Of a DNA stretch of 64,000 nt, positions 38,574-64,000 are shown piece by piece. Source of the stretch: Zygnema circumcarinatum SAG 698-1b. Lineage: Eukaryota; Plantae; Zygnematophyceae. The stretch's first letter is position 1, and each line of letters begins with the position of its first letter. Both the position numbers and the translations under genes were made by a program. The DNA lies in contig CM074806.1 of NCBI GenBank assembly GCA_037447605.1, positions 3,224,001-3,288,000 on the forward strand, written 5' to 3'. A model generated the notes under the pieces. That model saw only the letters and a program-made list of their open reading frames with translations. It made no database searches and was not told the DNA's origin.

Positions 38574-39922
38574 ATTTACAGTGTCCTTGTTCTGAATGTA
38601 GTGTACTTTTTCGCCGGGCAGCTTGTACAAAGGATTTTTTTTGCGAAAAATGCTGTTTCATACTTTTCAGAATAGATACAGACCTTTTTTCGGGAAAATG
38701 ATACAGCGGCCCCACTTTTTGGATATCGGCGCCCCCTTTTGGGAAAAATTGTACTTTTTTTTGGCTAATCAGCCCCCCCCTTGGAAATTTCGGGAGGAGA
38801 AATCTTGTAGACAATCGGACCCCGCGCCTCGCGCGCAGGATCCGACCGTGCACCGACGTACGGCGCCGCGCATCGCGGCGCGGCCCGCGAGATGCGGCGA
38901 GCGTACGGAAACGTTGTCCTCACCTGACCCTCTTGGGTCCGAGGTTGCCACGTGGCAGTCTGCCATTGGACAGCCCTGCTGCCGGTCCCCCATGCCGATA
39001 CAGTGGATCCCCATAATATTTTCGCCATGGTTTCGGCAAATACTGGGCGAAAATATTGTAATTTGCAAATATAAGGTCCGTGTTACCAATAGGCGAGCGG
39101 TATTATGTTAGAGTTCATGTCTGTTCGTACGTATCGTATCGTACCGTGATTTAGATACACGAGCTCCTTTTGGTGCCGTACGTATACCGTACGACTTAGA
39201 GATTTTATTCGTACTTACCGTACAGCTTTAAAGNNNNNNNNNNCTTTAAAGCTGTACGGTAAGTACGAATAAAATCTCTAAGTCGTACGGTATACGTACG
39301 GCACCAAAAGGAGCTCGTGTATCTAAATCACGGTACGATACGATACGTACGAACAGACATGAACTCTAACATAATACCGCTCGCCTATTGGTAACACGGA
39401 CCTTATATTTGCAAATTACAATATTTTCGCCCAGTATTTGCCGAAACCATGGCGAAAATATTATGGGGATCCACTGTATCGGCATGGGGGACCGGCAGCA
39501 GGGCTGTCCAATGGCAGACTGCCACGTGGCAACCTCGGACCCAAGAGGGTCAGGTGAGGACAACGTTTCCGTACGCTCGCCGCATCTCGCGGGCCGCGCC
39601 GCGATGCGCGGCGCCGTACGTCGGTGCACGGTCGGATCCTGCGCGCGAGGCGCGGGGTCCGATTGTCTACAAGATTTCTCCTCCCGAAATTTCCAAGGGG
39701 GGGGCTGATTAGCCAAAAAAAAGTACAATTTTTCCCAAAAGGGGGCGCCGATATCCAAAAAGTGGGGCCGCTGTATCATTTTCCCGAAAAAAGGTCTGTA
39801 TCTATTCTGAAAAGTATGAAACAGCATTTTTCGCAAAAAAAATCCTTTGTACAAGCTGCCCGGTGAAAAAGTACACTACATTACACTACAGTACAGTACA
39901 CTACAGAACAAGGACTGTAAAT
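38574..39922. repeat. ~660-bp inverted repeat centred on an N gap (39234-39243)
   Basis: 38574-39233 is the inverse complement of 39244-39922. The ORF track gives identical ORFs on opposite strands. Differences are confined to the outer ~60 bp. Confidence 0.9.
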
Positions 39923-39994
39923 AGCATAGCTCTTCGCACGACCTTTTCGGCGCCTTTTTGGGTGCGAACAAAATCGTGCGAAGAATTGCCCTGC

Positions 39995-41426
39995 TTACGG
40001 TACTCTACTACCTATCAGGTTGAGAAATCGAACATTTTTTAACTTAATTGTTCAATGTTTCAGTTGATTGTGTGAACAGTCGGATCGAATGTTTTGCAAA
40101 TTGAGAATCTGAACAATAAGAAGAAAAGCTCAAATTTTCAATATTTTTGCTTACACGTGTGGATTCCAATTGCCACGTAAGATTCAGGCAGTCTAACGGA
40201 TTTCCTTAACTCTGGCCCAACTATCGCCGTACGACTTTTTTTGCCAGATCAATTACAGTAGACCCCCCCAATATTTTCGCCATGGTTTCGGCAAATATTG
40301 GGCGAAAATATTGGGTAGCGAAAATATAAGGGTGTCCGTGTTAACAATAGGCGGGCGGTATTAGGTTAGAGTTACTGTTTGTCCGCACGTATCGTATCGT
40401 ATCGTACCGTATCGAAGCCACGAAGAAGAGGAGAGGAACGAGCGCCTCTTACGGCGGCTCGTGCGGGAAGAGTCTTGAGCCCGTAACGGCTAGTACAGCT
40501 AGTACGGCTCGTAGGGTTAATACAGTACGGCCAATACGGCTAGTACGGACCTTAAGGCTAGTACAGTAAGACAGGTACGGTCAGTACGAGCTGGTACGGC
40601 TAACACAACCTTACCGTACAAAAGTAGTTTTGGCAAAATCAGGGCGAAAATATTGGGTAGCGAAAATATAAGGGTGTCCGTGTTAACAATAGGCGGGCGG
40701 TATTAGGTTAGAGTTACTGTTTGTCCGCACGTATCGTATCGTATCGTACCGTATCGAAGCCACGAAGAAGAGGAGAGGAACGAGCGCCTCTTACGGCGGC
40801 ACTTGCGGGAAGAGTCTTGAGCCCGTAACGGCTAGTACAGCTAGTACGGCTCGTAGGGTTAGTACAGTACGGCTAGTACGGCTAGTACGGACCTTAAGGC
40901 TAGTACAGTACGGTCAGTACCACTAGTACGGTTCGTAAGGCTAGTACAGTAAGACTAGTACGGTCAGTACGGCTAGTACGGCTAACACAGCCTTACCGTA
41001 CAAAAAAGTAGTTTTGGCAAAATCAGGGCGAAAATATTGGGTAGCGAAAATAAGAGGGGCGAAAATATTGGGGGGGTCTACTGTATTACCTTACGGTCCG
41101 ACACCACCAGCGTCCAGCGCTTAGAGATTTGCCAAAATCTCATTGTTGATAGGTGGATGTAAAGTAAATCGAAATTGCACGCGACTGGAGTTAATTGTTC
41201 AATGTTTAAGTGGATTCGCATTGAACAAGGACTGAATTCTTAAAAAAAAAAACGAGAATGATGGACTTTCCCCCCTTTTTAGATATCCTTTCCCCCTTTT
41301 CGGGTAATATCGTACTTCCATTTTGGCTATCCACCCCCCCCCTTTTTTTGTTTTGTTTCTCCACTCACGCATCAACGCAATGTCTGCAAACACATTCGCA
41401 GAGAGAGCGCAAAGCATAGGTCTCTC

Positions 41427-41485
<59 letters not shown>

Positions 41486-42000
41486 CAAAGAAAGAGGGAG
41501 AAAGAGAGAGAAGAGAGAGAAAGAGAGAGAACGAGAGAATGAGAGAAAGAGAGAACGAGAGAAAGAGAGTTAGAGAAAGAGAGAACGAGAGAAAGAGAGT
41601 TAGAGAAAGAGAGAAAGAGAGATAGAGAAAGAGAGAAAGAGAAAGAGAAGCAAAGCAAAGCAAGCCAGCCATTACATCATCATAGAGCTACACATCCGCA
41701 ATCGAACATAATGCATGCTATGCATTGCTCTCTCTCTGCGAATGTGTTTGCGGACATTCCGTTGATGTGTGAGAGGTGAAAGAAAAAAAAAAGAAGGGGG
41801 GGGGTGTGGATAGCCGAAATGGAAGTACGAAATTTCCAGAAAAGGGGGAGAGGATATCCAAAAAGGGGGGAAAGTCTATCATTCTCCAAAAAAAACAAAA
41901 CATAAAGCAGAACTGTTTTTTTTGAACTGCGGTTTTGAGAGTTTTTTTTTTTGAGAAGCCAACAGCTTTAATTTCTTATGTGTTCAACCTAGTTGGTACT
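39995..42000. mobile_element. Non-autonomous TIR element, copy 2 (family of 5770-7046), carrying nested insertions
   Basis: Terminal segments are homologous to 5786-6100 and 6790-7035. It contains the MITE at 40256-41083 and a (GA)n tract at ~41430-41650. Confidence 0.6.
40256..41083. mobile_element. Tc1/mariner-type MITE with internal ~350-bp tandem units
   Basis: TA|CAGTAGACCCCCCCAATATTTTCGCC ... GGCGAAAATATTGGGGGGGTCTACTG|TA: 26-bp perfect TIRs and a TA TSD. The unit aatattgggtagcgaaaat recurs at ~40308, ~40650 and ~41034. A related end occurs at ~39000. Confidence 0.9.
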
Positions 42001-42403
42001 AAAGAAAAACAAATAAAAATGGACTCTGCCAATCATCTGATCAATGTGATTTCTCAAAACTACGCTCGCCGACGTCCCACACTGAAGAAGCCAGAAACGA
42101 CGAAACATCAATTTCATTTGCAACCCGTCCAAACGAAACTAGAGTCGCCGACGATCGCGAGCGACTCCTACTTTGGCTGCGATCGGACTGACCGCGCCCC
42201 GCCAGCCGACAAGGACGAACGCCCGCCGCCCAACCAATGGCAGTGCACCGTCCGGATCCGCCGAGACTGAAGACCTCTCATTAACTGCCACCTGTCCCGA
42301 AATCACGTCGGCGCCAAAAGCGTTCCTCCTGGCGTTGACCGCCGAGGGCGGCCCGGCCCGCCATTGGACCGACCGTTGACGATTTTGACACCCGCGTGCA
42401 TAA

Positions 42404-48253
<5,850 letters not shown>

Positions 48254-49029
48254 ATTGTTACTGTCGCGCGTTGTTTGATTCCTCGACAAAATTACATTCG
48301 ACATTGCCGGATCCAATGGTCTGCGGCAGGCAGGAGGAGAAACGTGACTTCAATCTCTGGTTTTCGTTGACTAGTTCAAGTTTTAGGAACTCAGTAGGAC
48401 ATTTGTAATCGTTAAACCTTTACTTGTGCATTAAGCCCATTGCTTATGGGCAGAAAAAATGTGGCATTGCTCATTGCTTATGGGCAGGCAATTGCAATAA
48501 GGGATTTCGACCTAAGATAGGGATTTTTCGCCGATCTTAGGTATCTGTTGGTTTTGTGAAAACCCGCAAATAAAGCATATACGTAAGGAATACGTACAGG
48601 AACGTGCTAGTTTGTACGGACGATGTTGGTTTTAACATCATCCGTACATGACCATGTACATCCGTATATATTTTTTTTGAGTAGTCTGCAGGAGTTATAG
48701 ATCCGTCGTCTTGTTGGGCCTATAAGCAACAACGGTAACAATTTTTTATTTCATTTTCAATTTCAGTTCCTATTTCAGTCTATACTCAGAACTTTCGAGG
48801 ATATAATTTTGAATTTAGTTTTGGTGAGAAGATTTTGAATTATGATCGATTCTAAGATGAATGATTCATGATGGATGGAAAAGAAGATGGAGACCTACAA
48901 GACTTTAATGGAATGGGTCTTTGATTATCTATATGTTGTGATTGCCAGTTGCACGTGTGTTTCAATTGATTGGTAAAAAAATCAAGATATAAAAAATGAG
49001 AGTAGAAGTAGAAGAGTTTGCACCCGCTC

Positions 49030-50075
49030 TCAGAGCCATGTTGTTGAGCCTAAAAGCGGAGTTCCATGTACATATGGTTGCATCACTATCGTGAGTGCAA
49101 TGTCAATCCATTTTACATTTAAGGCTGTATGGTATTTAAGGTCACGTTTCTTTTAAAGTAATCTCCATATTCTCTGTGTTAAGCTATTTATGCCTTGTTG
49201 TAGGTGAAGGATGCGCTGGAATTTATCTTTCATTATGCATTGTGTTTCAGCCTACGGAATCTTACTCACCAATACATAGCCTTAACGCATCACGCGTTGA
49301 AAAGAGACTTAAACTGTGCTTGCAACACTGGTTAAAAGGAATGCGTGCATGAACGCCTGATTTGGCGCATAGGAAGCCATGCTCACAAGAAGGGGTCGCT
49401 TGCCCTTGGCCGGATTTCCATCTGAAAGGAAGAGCTAGGGGAGGTACGTCCCACAAAGAGTGGTGCCAGGGGAGGAGCCAAATCTTCCAGCACTCCAAGT
49501 CCAAGCAAGAAAGGAAGATGGAATTACAACATTCAGCATGCAGAAGGATAATGATTATAGCTTAGCTGTCCCAACTCTAGCTTCAGCCTAAAAATAGAGC
49601 TCAGCGTGAGACTGAACATGCCAGTGTGACAACTGAAAGCCAATATCGAACAAATTTAAAAGACAATTTGAGTGCAGGACGACCTGTTCACGCACTAGAA
49701 AGAAAAGTTCAGAAGCTCACCTGACGCCTTCCTCTAACTCCTAAATGAGGTGTCGCCAAGGTGATGAAGTTTTTTGGATCTAGGCCAGCCAATAAGCCCC
49801 CATTGCTCCCTCCTGACGCTGTTCCAGACACAGAGTTACTGCATGCCATACGCATAAACGTCCACACATTACAAATGAACCCCTTTCCAATAAATTTGCC
49901 GTAATGCAGGGGCAGTCATTGCTATCGAAAAAGCAGCAAGGCCAAATGCGAACATATCCTGGGCCCGAGGGGTGTAAAGTATGCCGACTGCGTAGCGAGC
50001 TGTAAATCCACCAATGTGCAACCTGCTATTCGCTTAGTGAAGGATTTTTTTGTTTCGTTACATGCACCTGCACTA
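49030..50075 (-). pseudogene. Decayed DUF676-type putative lipase/serine esterase gene fragment
   Basis: Minus-strand remnants: NPSL..I..VAH[]GGFTARYAVGILY (~49960-50070), GLLAGLDPKNFITLATPHLGVRGRRQ|gtgag (~49721-49800) and LPFLLGLGVLEDLAPPLAPLFVGRT/LFLSDG...PLLVSMAS (~49370-49525). Frameshifts, stops and a lost acceptor are present. Confidence 0.75.
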
Positions 50076-50289
50076 ATCAACAGCCGTCGTCAGTCATCTG
50101 CACTACAAACTGTCAAAAAGACTGCTTAAAGGTCTGAACAAGTATCAATTAAGCAATTCTGCCAACATCCCTCATACACACCAAGTAGTGTAATTTTACG
50201 TCATCAAACTAGGGATAACTGGAAAATGCCGCCCAAGCTCTCTCTCTCTCTTTCTCTCCCCCAAAGCCATTGTATGGCTTAAGGCAAAT

Positions 50290-50680
50290 GTATGATGGGT
50301 AGTGATGCTGCGGGTTATAGGACATTGTGTTGAAGTGCATTGTGTTGTTTGAGAGTCTACGAGTTTTAGGTTAGAGTACATGTACAGAAACTATACAGAA
50401 GATGTTCTACCAATGCACAGACAGAAAAAAAGGACCGCACGTGAGAGAGTATTTAAAAAGGTATGAGGAGGAAGCGAAGTGGCAAGCGAAGCGTTGCAAG
50501 AAGACGAAGGGTTTAGGAAGGAGAGTTCTAGAAACATAAATTAGGAGTAAAAGAAGAAACAGAGTAGAGAAGAAGCTAAGCAGTAGAGGAAGTGAGAAAA
50601 GAGGATAAAGTGAAATGTATCAAGGCCTTTTGATGAAATAAAGAAAGTATTTATGAGCTCAATGCCATTTTCTTTTCCCG
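50290..50680 (+). mobile_element. Diverged solo LTR related to the Copia LTRs at 28270 and 38185
   Basis: Shares gatgctgcggg, ggaccgcacgtgagagag, gaggaagcgaagtg.ca.gcgaagc and atgaaataaag..agta.ttatgag with 38185-38574. Confidence 0.6.
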
Positions 50681-51041
50681 TTTATGACAAATGTGCTGAT
50701 CCAATGGGACTACTGTAAGTGTAGCGGTTGCTACACCCACCATGGTGCTCCGCGCAACATGTACCCCGCCCTCTAGCCGTACCGTACGGCCGGCGTACAG
50801 TATGGCCTACAGTACACTACAGTAGGACCCCGTCATATTTTCCACCATCAAAAGTGCGTCCCAAGAAATTCGCCCCGATTTTGCCGAAACCACCTTTTTG
50901 TACGGTAACTTGTGTTACAGGGGGTCCTCGTCATATTTTCCACCTTCAACAGTGCGTCACCAATAAATTCGCACCGATTTTGCCGAAACCACCTTTTTGT
51001 ACGGTAACTTAGAGTTAGCCGTACTATTCGTACTATCCGTG

Positions 51042-51077
51042 CCCTAAAAACCCTAAAACCCTAAAAACCCTAAAACC
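51042..51077. repeat. Interstitial telomere-like repeat (CCCTAAAA/CCCTAAAAA x4)
   Basis: ccctaaaaa ccctaaaa ccctaaaaa ccctaaaa cc. Confidence 0.8.
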
Positions 51078-51131
51078 TGTACAGTTCGTACTGACCGTAC
51101 TAGCCGTACTAGCTGTACTAGCCGTTACGGG

Positions 51132-52152
51132 TGTAGCGTAACGGAGCTGCGTTCGACGGATTTGCGTCAGTTCAATTGTACTTGACATATGCCTCTTCCG
51201 TGTCACGGATCAGCGGAATCCAGGAGCTGCCGACGGAGAATGCGAGAAGGCGGCGCCATGTGTTGGCGGCCCACGGAACAGCACACCATCCAGCAAGGCG
51301 CACTCGGGAACACCGCCTAAGGCCGCCGATTATCATTCATTGACCTATCCGAAGGCTCCACGTAGTCAGTCAGGCCTCTCAGTGGGCAGTTGGCCAATCA
51401 GAGACTGTCACTGCTAAGACTCAAGATCTATGGTCAGTGTTAAGTAGATGGGATGTCAGTGATGCTTTTTTGTCTTTTAGTGCTGGGCTTAGTATTTGTA
51501 TTTGCTGTGTGGTTTGTTGTCTTGTTCTTCTTTCTTCTTTTCCTTCCTCTTCAGTTACAGCAACAGATGCTAAGTAAGAGAGAGAGAGAGAGAGAGAGTT
51601 CCATGCCATAGATAGAGAGAGAGAGAGAGAGAGAAAGAGTCTTCTTGCTGATAGCATTTAGACGTCCCATTCAGCCCAGTTAGACAAAGATTTCAGTGAG
51701 AAGACAATTTCATTGTAATGACATTCCCCAGCCAACCGCTGGCTGGGGTGAGTTTCCAAAATACCACCTTTATCTAAGTTGTGTCCTGTTTTCCCTCTGC
51801 TGTCACTATGCCAAGCCCCTATCTTGCTCTATCCTGCCTTGCATTACTCTCAATGACCAATGATCACTAGAAGCCTAGCTAAGAGACTAGCCGAGGAGAG
51901 GACAGGGGAGGAGGGTCCCCAAGGAAGGGCTCTTTGCGCATCAAGTCCAGCCGCCGGTGGGAACGTCTTCAGAATCCCTACGTCTTCCGCTGCGCGTACC
52001 TCTGAATCCCCCGGATCCTGGCTCTATGCTGCAGGCAGACCCACAGCACCACCCCAACCCTACGTCAGTTTCAGCACGGACACGCGAGTGGCCGTACAGC
52101 CCCTGCAGCTAGCTCAGCAGTCTTTGTTTAACCCCACTTATCTTGTGCTACA
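51132..52152. mobile_element. 1021-bp solo LTR with 4-bp TSD CGGG
   Basis: TGTAGC...GCTACA ends. CGGG at 51128-51131 and 52153-52156. The empty site gccgttacgggctc is visible, inverted, in the 40256 MITE. Confidence 0.75.
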
Positions 52153-53096
52153 CGGGCTTACGCAAAACTCACCTAATCTCCCCGCACGTGCCGCCGTAAG
52201 AGGCGCTCGCTCTTCTCCCCTTCTTTTTGGCTTCGATACGATAATAGACGATACGACACGTCCCGATACGGTAGTATCCGTACTAGCCGTACGAGCTGTA
52301 GTAGCCAATACGGTACGATGCGGTACGATATGACTACAAACAATACGATACGATGCGTACGAATATACATGAACACTAACATCATTCCGCTCGCCTATTG
52401 GTAACACGGACCTTCTATTTGCCAAAAACAATATTTTCGCCCGGTATTTGCCGAAACCAGGTGGAAAATATGACGAGGACCCCCTGTACTGTACAGTACA
52501 GTACCATACGGTTTGTACGAAGCCGTACACAAGTACGGAGAGTATCCGTCAGACCTACTGTACTGTAGCGGACGTGCGGCAACCTCTAACGCGCGATATT
52601 ATTGGGCGTTAGCCCCAATATGACGTCAGCGTTTCATAATAGTTTCTCTTGGCGTTGACCGCCCGAGAGAGGCCCGGCCCGCCATTGAACCGACCGTTCA
52701 CAGTTGGCCCGAACCCGCCTACCGCCTGCCGACGTGGCCTGTCTCTGTCTCTCCGTACGCCACAGTCTAGATCTCTCGCCCGTCGTGTTATGCCGTACAC
52801 CGAATCCGTATTAGGACTTTCATCCACTCCCCGCCGGCCACGTGGCAGAAAACAATACAGCGCGGGCCAATGGGACAAACGGCCCCGAATCTCGGCGGAT
52901 CCCCCTCCCCTCCCCTCCCCGTCCCTCCGCGCGGCGGCAGAGCGGCGGGCGGCGGCCGCCGCTCTGCCGCCGCGCTCGACCGCGGCCCCGCTCGCCCGGC
53001 CGCGAACATAAAGGGGGGAGGGCACAAACTCGTCAGACATCGCTCGCCTCGCCGCCTGCAGCAGAGGAGGAGAAGGAGGAGGAGAAGGAGGAGTAG

Positions 53097-57625
<4,529 letters not shown>

Positions 57626-60091
57626 ATTGTTATTGTCGTGTGTATTCCTCAACAAAATTATATTTGAGATTGTCGGATCTAATGATTTGCGACCGGCAGC
57701 AGGAGGACACGAAAAGCCAACGTGACTTCAATTTCTGATTTCCGTTGATGGGTTCAAATTTCGGGAACTCAGCTGGGCATCTGTAATCGTGAAACCATTT
57801 CCTGTATATTAAGCCCATTGCTTATGGGTAAAGGACGCACCAGACTTTATCTTTCATTGACCGTTGCGGAGTGGCGGTGGGATAGACTGCCACACTGCAT
57901 TGTATATTGTAGCATTATACAGTGTGTAGACTTCGTTCACTTGTAGTTATTTCATTGTCGAACAGGATACAGTTTGGTTTACTTTTTGTTAGTTCACAGT
58001 TTTAGCTACAGGTTTATGGTCAGCCTTTTGTCACCCTCGTGATTGCAATAGCTCTGCACATGTTCTTCTCAATTCTGAATATGAAATGGATTTATAATCG
58101 ACTCACGTTGGCCAATGTGATGTTCTCAGTACATCAATGAAACAATGCATTTTTATGCTCATTAGCTTGCCCGTTTCCATGGGTTTTGTACTCTTACAAC
58201 CAAGATGTAATTGATTTGAAGTGAAATTGAGTTGAACGACGGCGCAATCACGGGAAAGGAGTGGGACGAAACATAGGAACAGAAAGCATCGGACGACGAA
58301 AAGTGACTGAATGAAGAAAGGCAGTTTTCCAAAATGGTGTGCACAGTTGCTGACCTACTTGTTTTGTAGATCCTTTTCTGATTACACTAGAGTGAATTCC
58401 AGCGGTGCCTCGCAGTCGCATTTAGGTCGCCTTCACATGGAAATCAGCACATCGCAACTTCAAAGGGACAGTGCAGCACAGGTTGAGCTATTGCATAGGC
58501 AAAAAACAAAAAATGGGTGTTTTGCCAATGGTTGCAAGAATGGCGAGAAGGGGTTCATAGTATTATCAATGGTTGTCTAGGTCCGCCAACCAATGGTTCA
58601 ACCCGTTTGGAAATGCTCAGCCAGGTCATGACGGCAATGGTTTAAAACCATTGGCAATTGTTGCCAACCATTGAAGCCAATAGTTCCAAACATGCGCACT
58701 GGCGTGTTACCTCAACGTAGGACCAAACTCGAGTGGAGTGGGTGCGCGTGTCGAGTGGGAAGATGGGCGAGCGTTGCATGCCGTGGCGCAACCATTGGCA
58801 AGAGTTTATTTGGAGCCTGCGGCCCACGGTGGCCGATACGAAAGCTGTAAGTTGGTGGTGTTGGTTGCCCTGTCCCATTTCCCCTCCTCCCTCTTTTTTC
58901 CGTTTTTGCGAACTTCTGCTTGCATGCGACGAGTTTCTCTTGCATTCAGCGTGCTCGCAAAAAGTGGAGGCACAATTGAATGGTTCGAACCATCCGCAAA
59001 TGGTTGGCTGGGTTCGGCACGGATGGTGCAAAAGCATTGCCAGCGGTTGGAAGCCACTAGATTACCAATTGTTCCAACCATTGGCAATGGTTGCTTTAGT
59101 CCGCAGCAATGGTTAGAACCTCTGAGAATGGTTGGCAAACCAATTAAATCCAGTAATGGATGGCAATCATTTGGGACCAATGGTTGTCGACCATTCCAAT
59201 GGTTGATCCAAGGATTCAACTGTTCAACCTGTTCAGTAAAGTACCCGGTGTTCGAGATCCACATTTCCACTGGACCATCCCACCACATGGAAATCCATTA
59301 CTGCAGCGACTGCTGTTGACGCTACGACGTCATCCCAACGGCCGCCGCGAGCGCGCGAGTTGGTCATGGGTCGGTCGGCCCAAACGACAGCAAGCCGTAC
59401 GGATCACTTTATTGAGGGCACCCGGCCTGGTCAACGCAGTTCAACGTAAGTCCACGCCGACACGGATAAAAACGCCAAAAAATGTAAATATCAAATCATT
59501 GCGACTGTCTCACTTTTGACAGTTTTTGTCGCGACTCACAATACGCTATTGGCCATTGATGGGAGTGTCAGGCCAAAGCCAGGTCCTGCGGCCCTAAATA
59601 AATGCGTACTATCCAATGGCAGACGGCCATGTGTCTCAATTGGACACGTGAAAGGTAGGTCAACTTCGACATCCGCAACGCGCCAACGATCCATTGGACG
59701 ATTCGCTTTCAAATCGACCGTCACCTGTCGGCCACGTGTCGCCCCACCAGCCGTCGTCCAATTGTTTTTCAACCTGCCCACATTTAAAGCAGCGCCGGAA
59801 TCGTTCTCAAAGTGGACAGGACGTGCGCCGACAATGCGTGACGTGGCACTCCCACCGACATTCCGCTGACTTTGACCACCTGCCGCGCACCCACCGCCGA
59901 GCCGCCATGTCCGTACGCTATCCGACAAACCTGAGTCTCCGTACAGTTGGTACACGCCCCCGCCTCCACCACCGACCAGACGGACGCCGACGATCTGCGA
60001 GTGCCGGTACCGTACCGTACGGTATGAAACCGCCGATCCACCTTTCACCGCCTGCCACGCGTCCCACCAGATCTCCAGCTTGTCTTATTGA

Positions 60092-64000
<3,909 letters not shown>

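Larger units (their letters stand above)
28270..38574 (+). mobile_element. Degenerate Ty1/Copia LTR retrotransposon interrupted by nested insertions
   Basis: 5' LTR ~28270-28643, PBS TGGTATCACAGC 28647-28658, gag from 28800, zinc knuckles CYNCGKLGHLAKDC (~30276) and CFVCGKLGHLVRDC (~30420), protease DSGASHHIC (~30615). Integrase (LELVHMDV, TDNGGEF, PQQNGVAERMNK) in 31944-32500, RT (HQMDVK, YGLKQAPR, MYVNDL) 33139-34078, RNase H (ALSSAEAEY, HKRTKHID) 37809-38153. PPT 38173-38184, 3' LTR 38185-38574. Stops and frameshifts are present, and continuity across the N gaps is unproven. Confidence 0.9.
50818..52492. mobile_element. Tc1/mariner-type MITE of the 40256 family, split by a solo LTR
   Basis: Left ends TACAGTAGGACCCCGTCATATTTTCCACC (~50816) and TACAGGGGGTCCTCGTCATATTTTCCACC (~50915). 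Right end GGTGGAAAATATGACGAGGACCCCCTGTA (~52461-52489). The interior is the inverse complement of the 40256 unit. Confidence 0.7.

Noticed and set aside
38623-39854. Identical 162-aa ORFs on opposite strands
   Set aside because: A by-product of the inverted repeat in non-coding MITE sequence.
51860-52333. 157-aa ORF as a possible gag start
   Set aside because: It lies inside a TSD-bounded solo LTR, runs on into MITE sequence, and has no gag motif.

Overview
Eukaryotic, intron-rich, TE-rich green-plant DNA. The GH9+CBM49 genes, root-cap domain and tRNA-Met PBS point to a streptophyte alga or early land plant; the species cannot be determined from the sequence. It is a draft assembly with eight N gaps. 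3-15 kb: a secreted PAN-like + root-cap-domain gene, a secreted PAN-coiled coil-PAN gene, a DHRS12-like SDR gene (minus strand) and a possible small hypothetical gene. 16.4-21.8 kb: a 5.35 kb non-coding long-TIR element with an 8-bp TSD, filled with tandem repeats. 22.6-64 kb: four tandem secreted GH9 endoglucanase genes with the architecture GH9 - Pro linker - CBM49 - SPPPP/Lys extensin-like repeats - second CBM49. They are arranged A-B-A-B, and the last copy runs off the window end. Between copies 1 and 2 is a 14 kb nested TE stack: a Copia backbone, solo LTRs, Harbinger, Gypsy gag, a second Copia and Tc1/mariner-type MITEs. It also holds a very small TRIM whose LTRs carry a tRNA-like Pol III promoter. 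Between copies 2 and 3 are a decayed DUF676-type lipase pseudogene, solo LTRs and a short telomere-like tract. All calls were made by eye without database searches.
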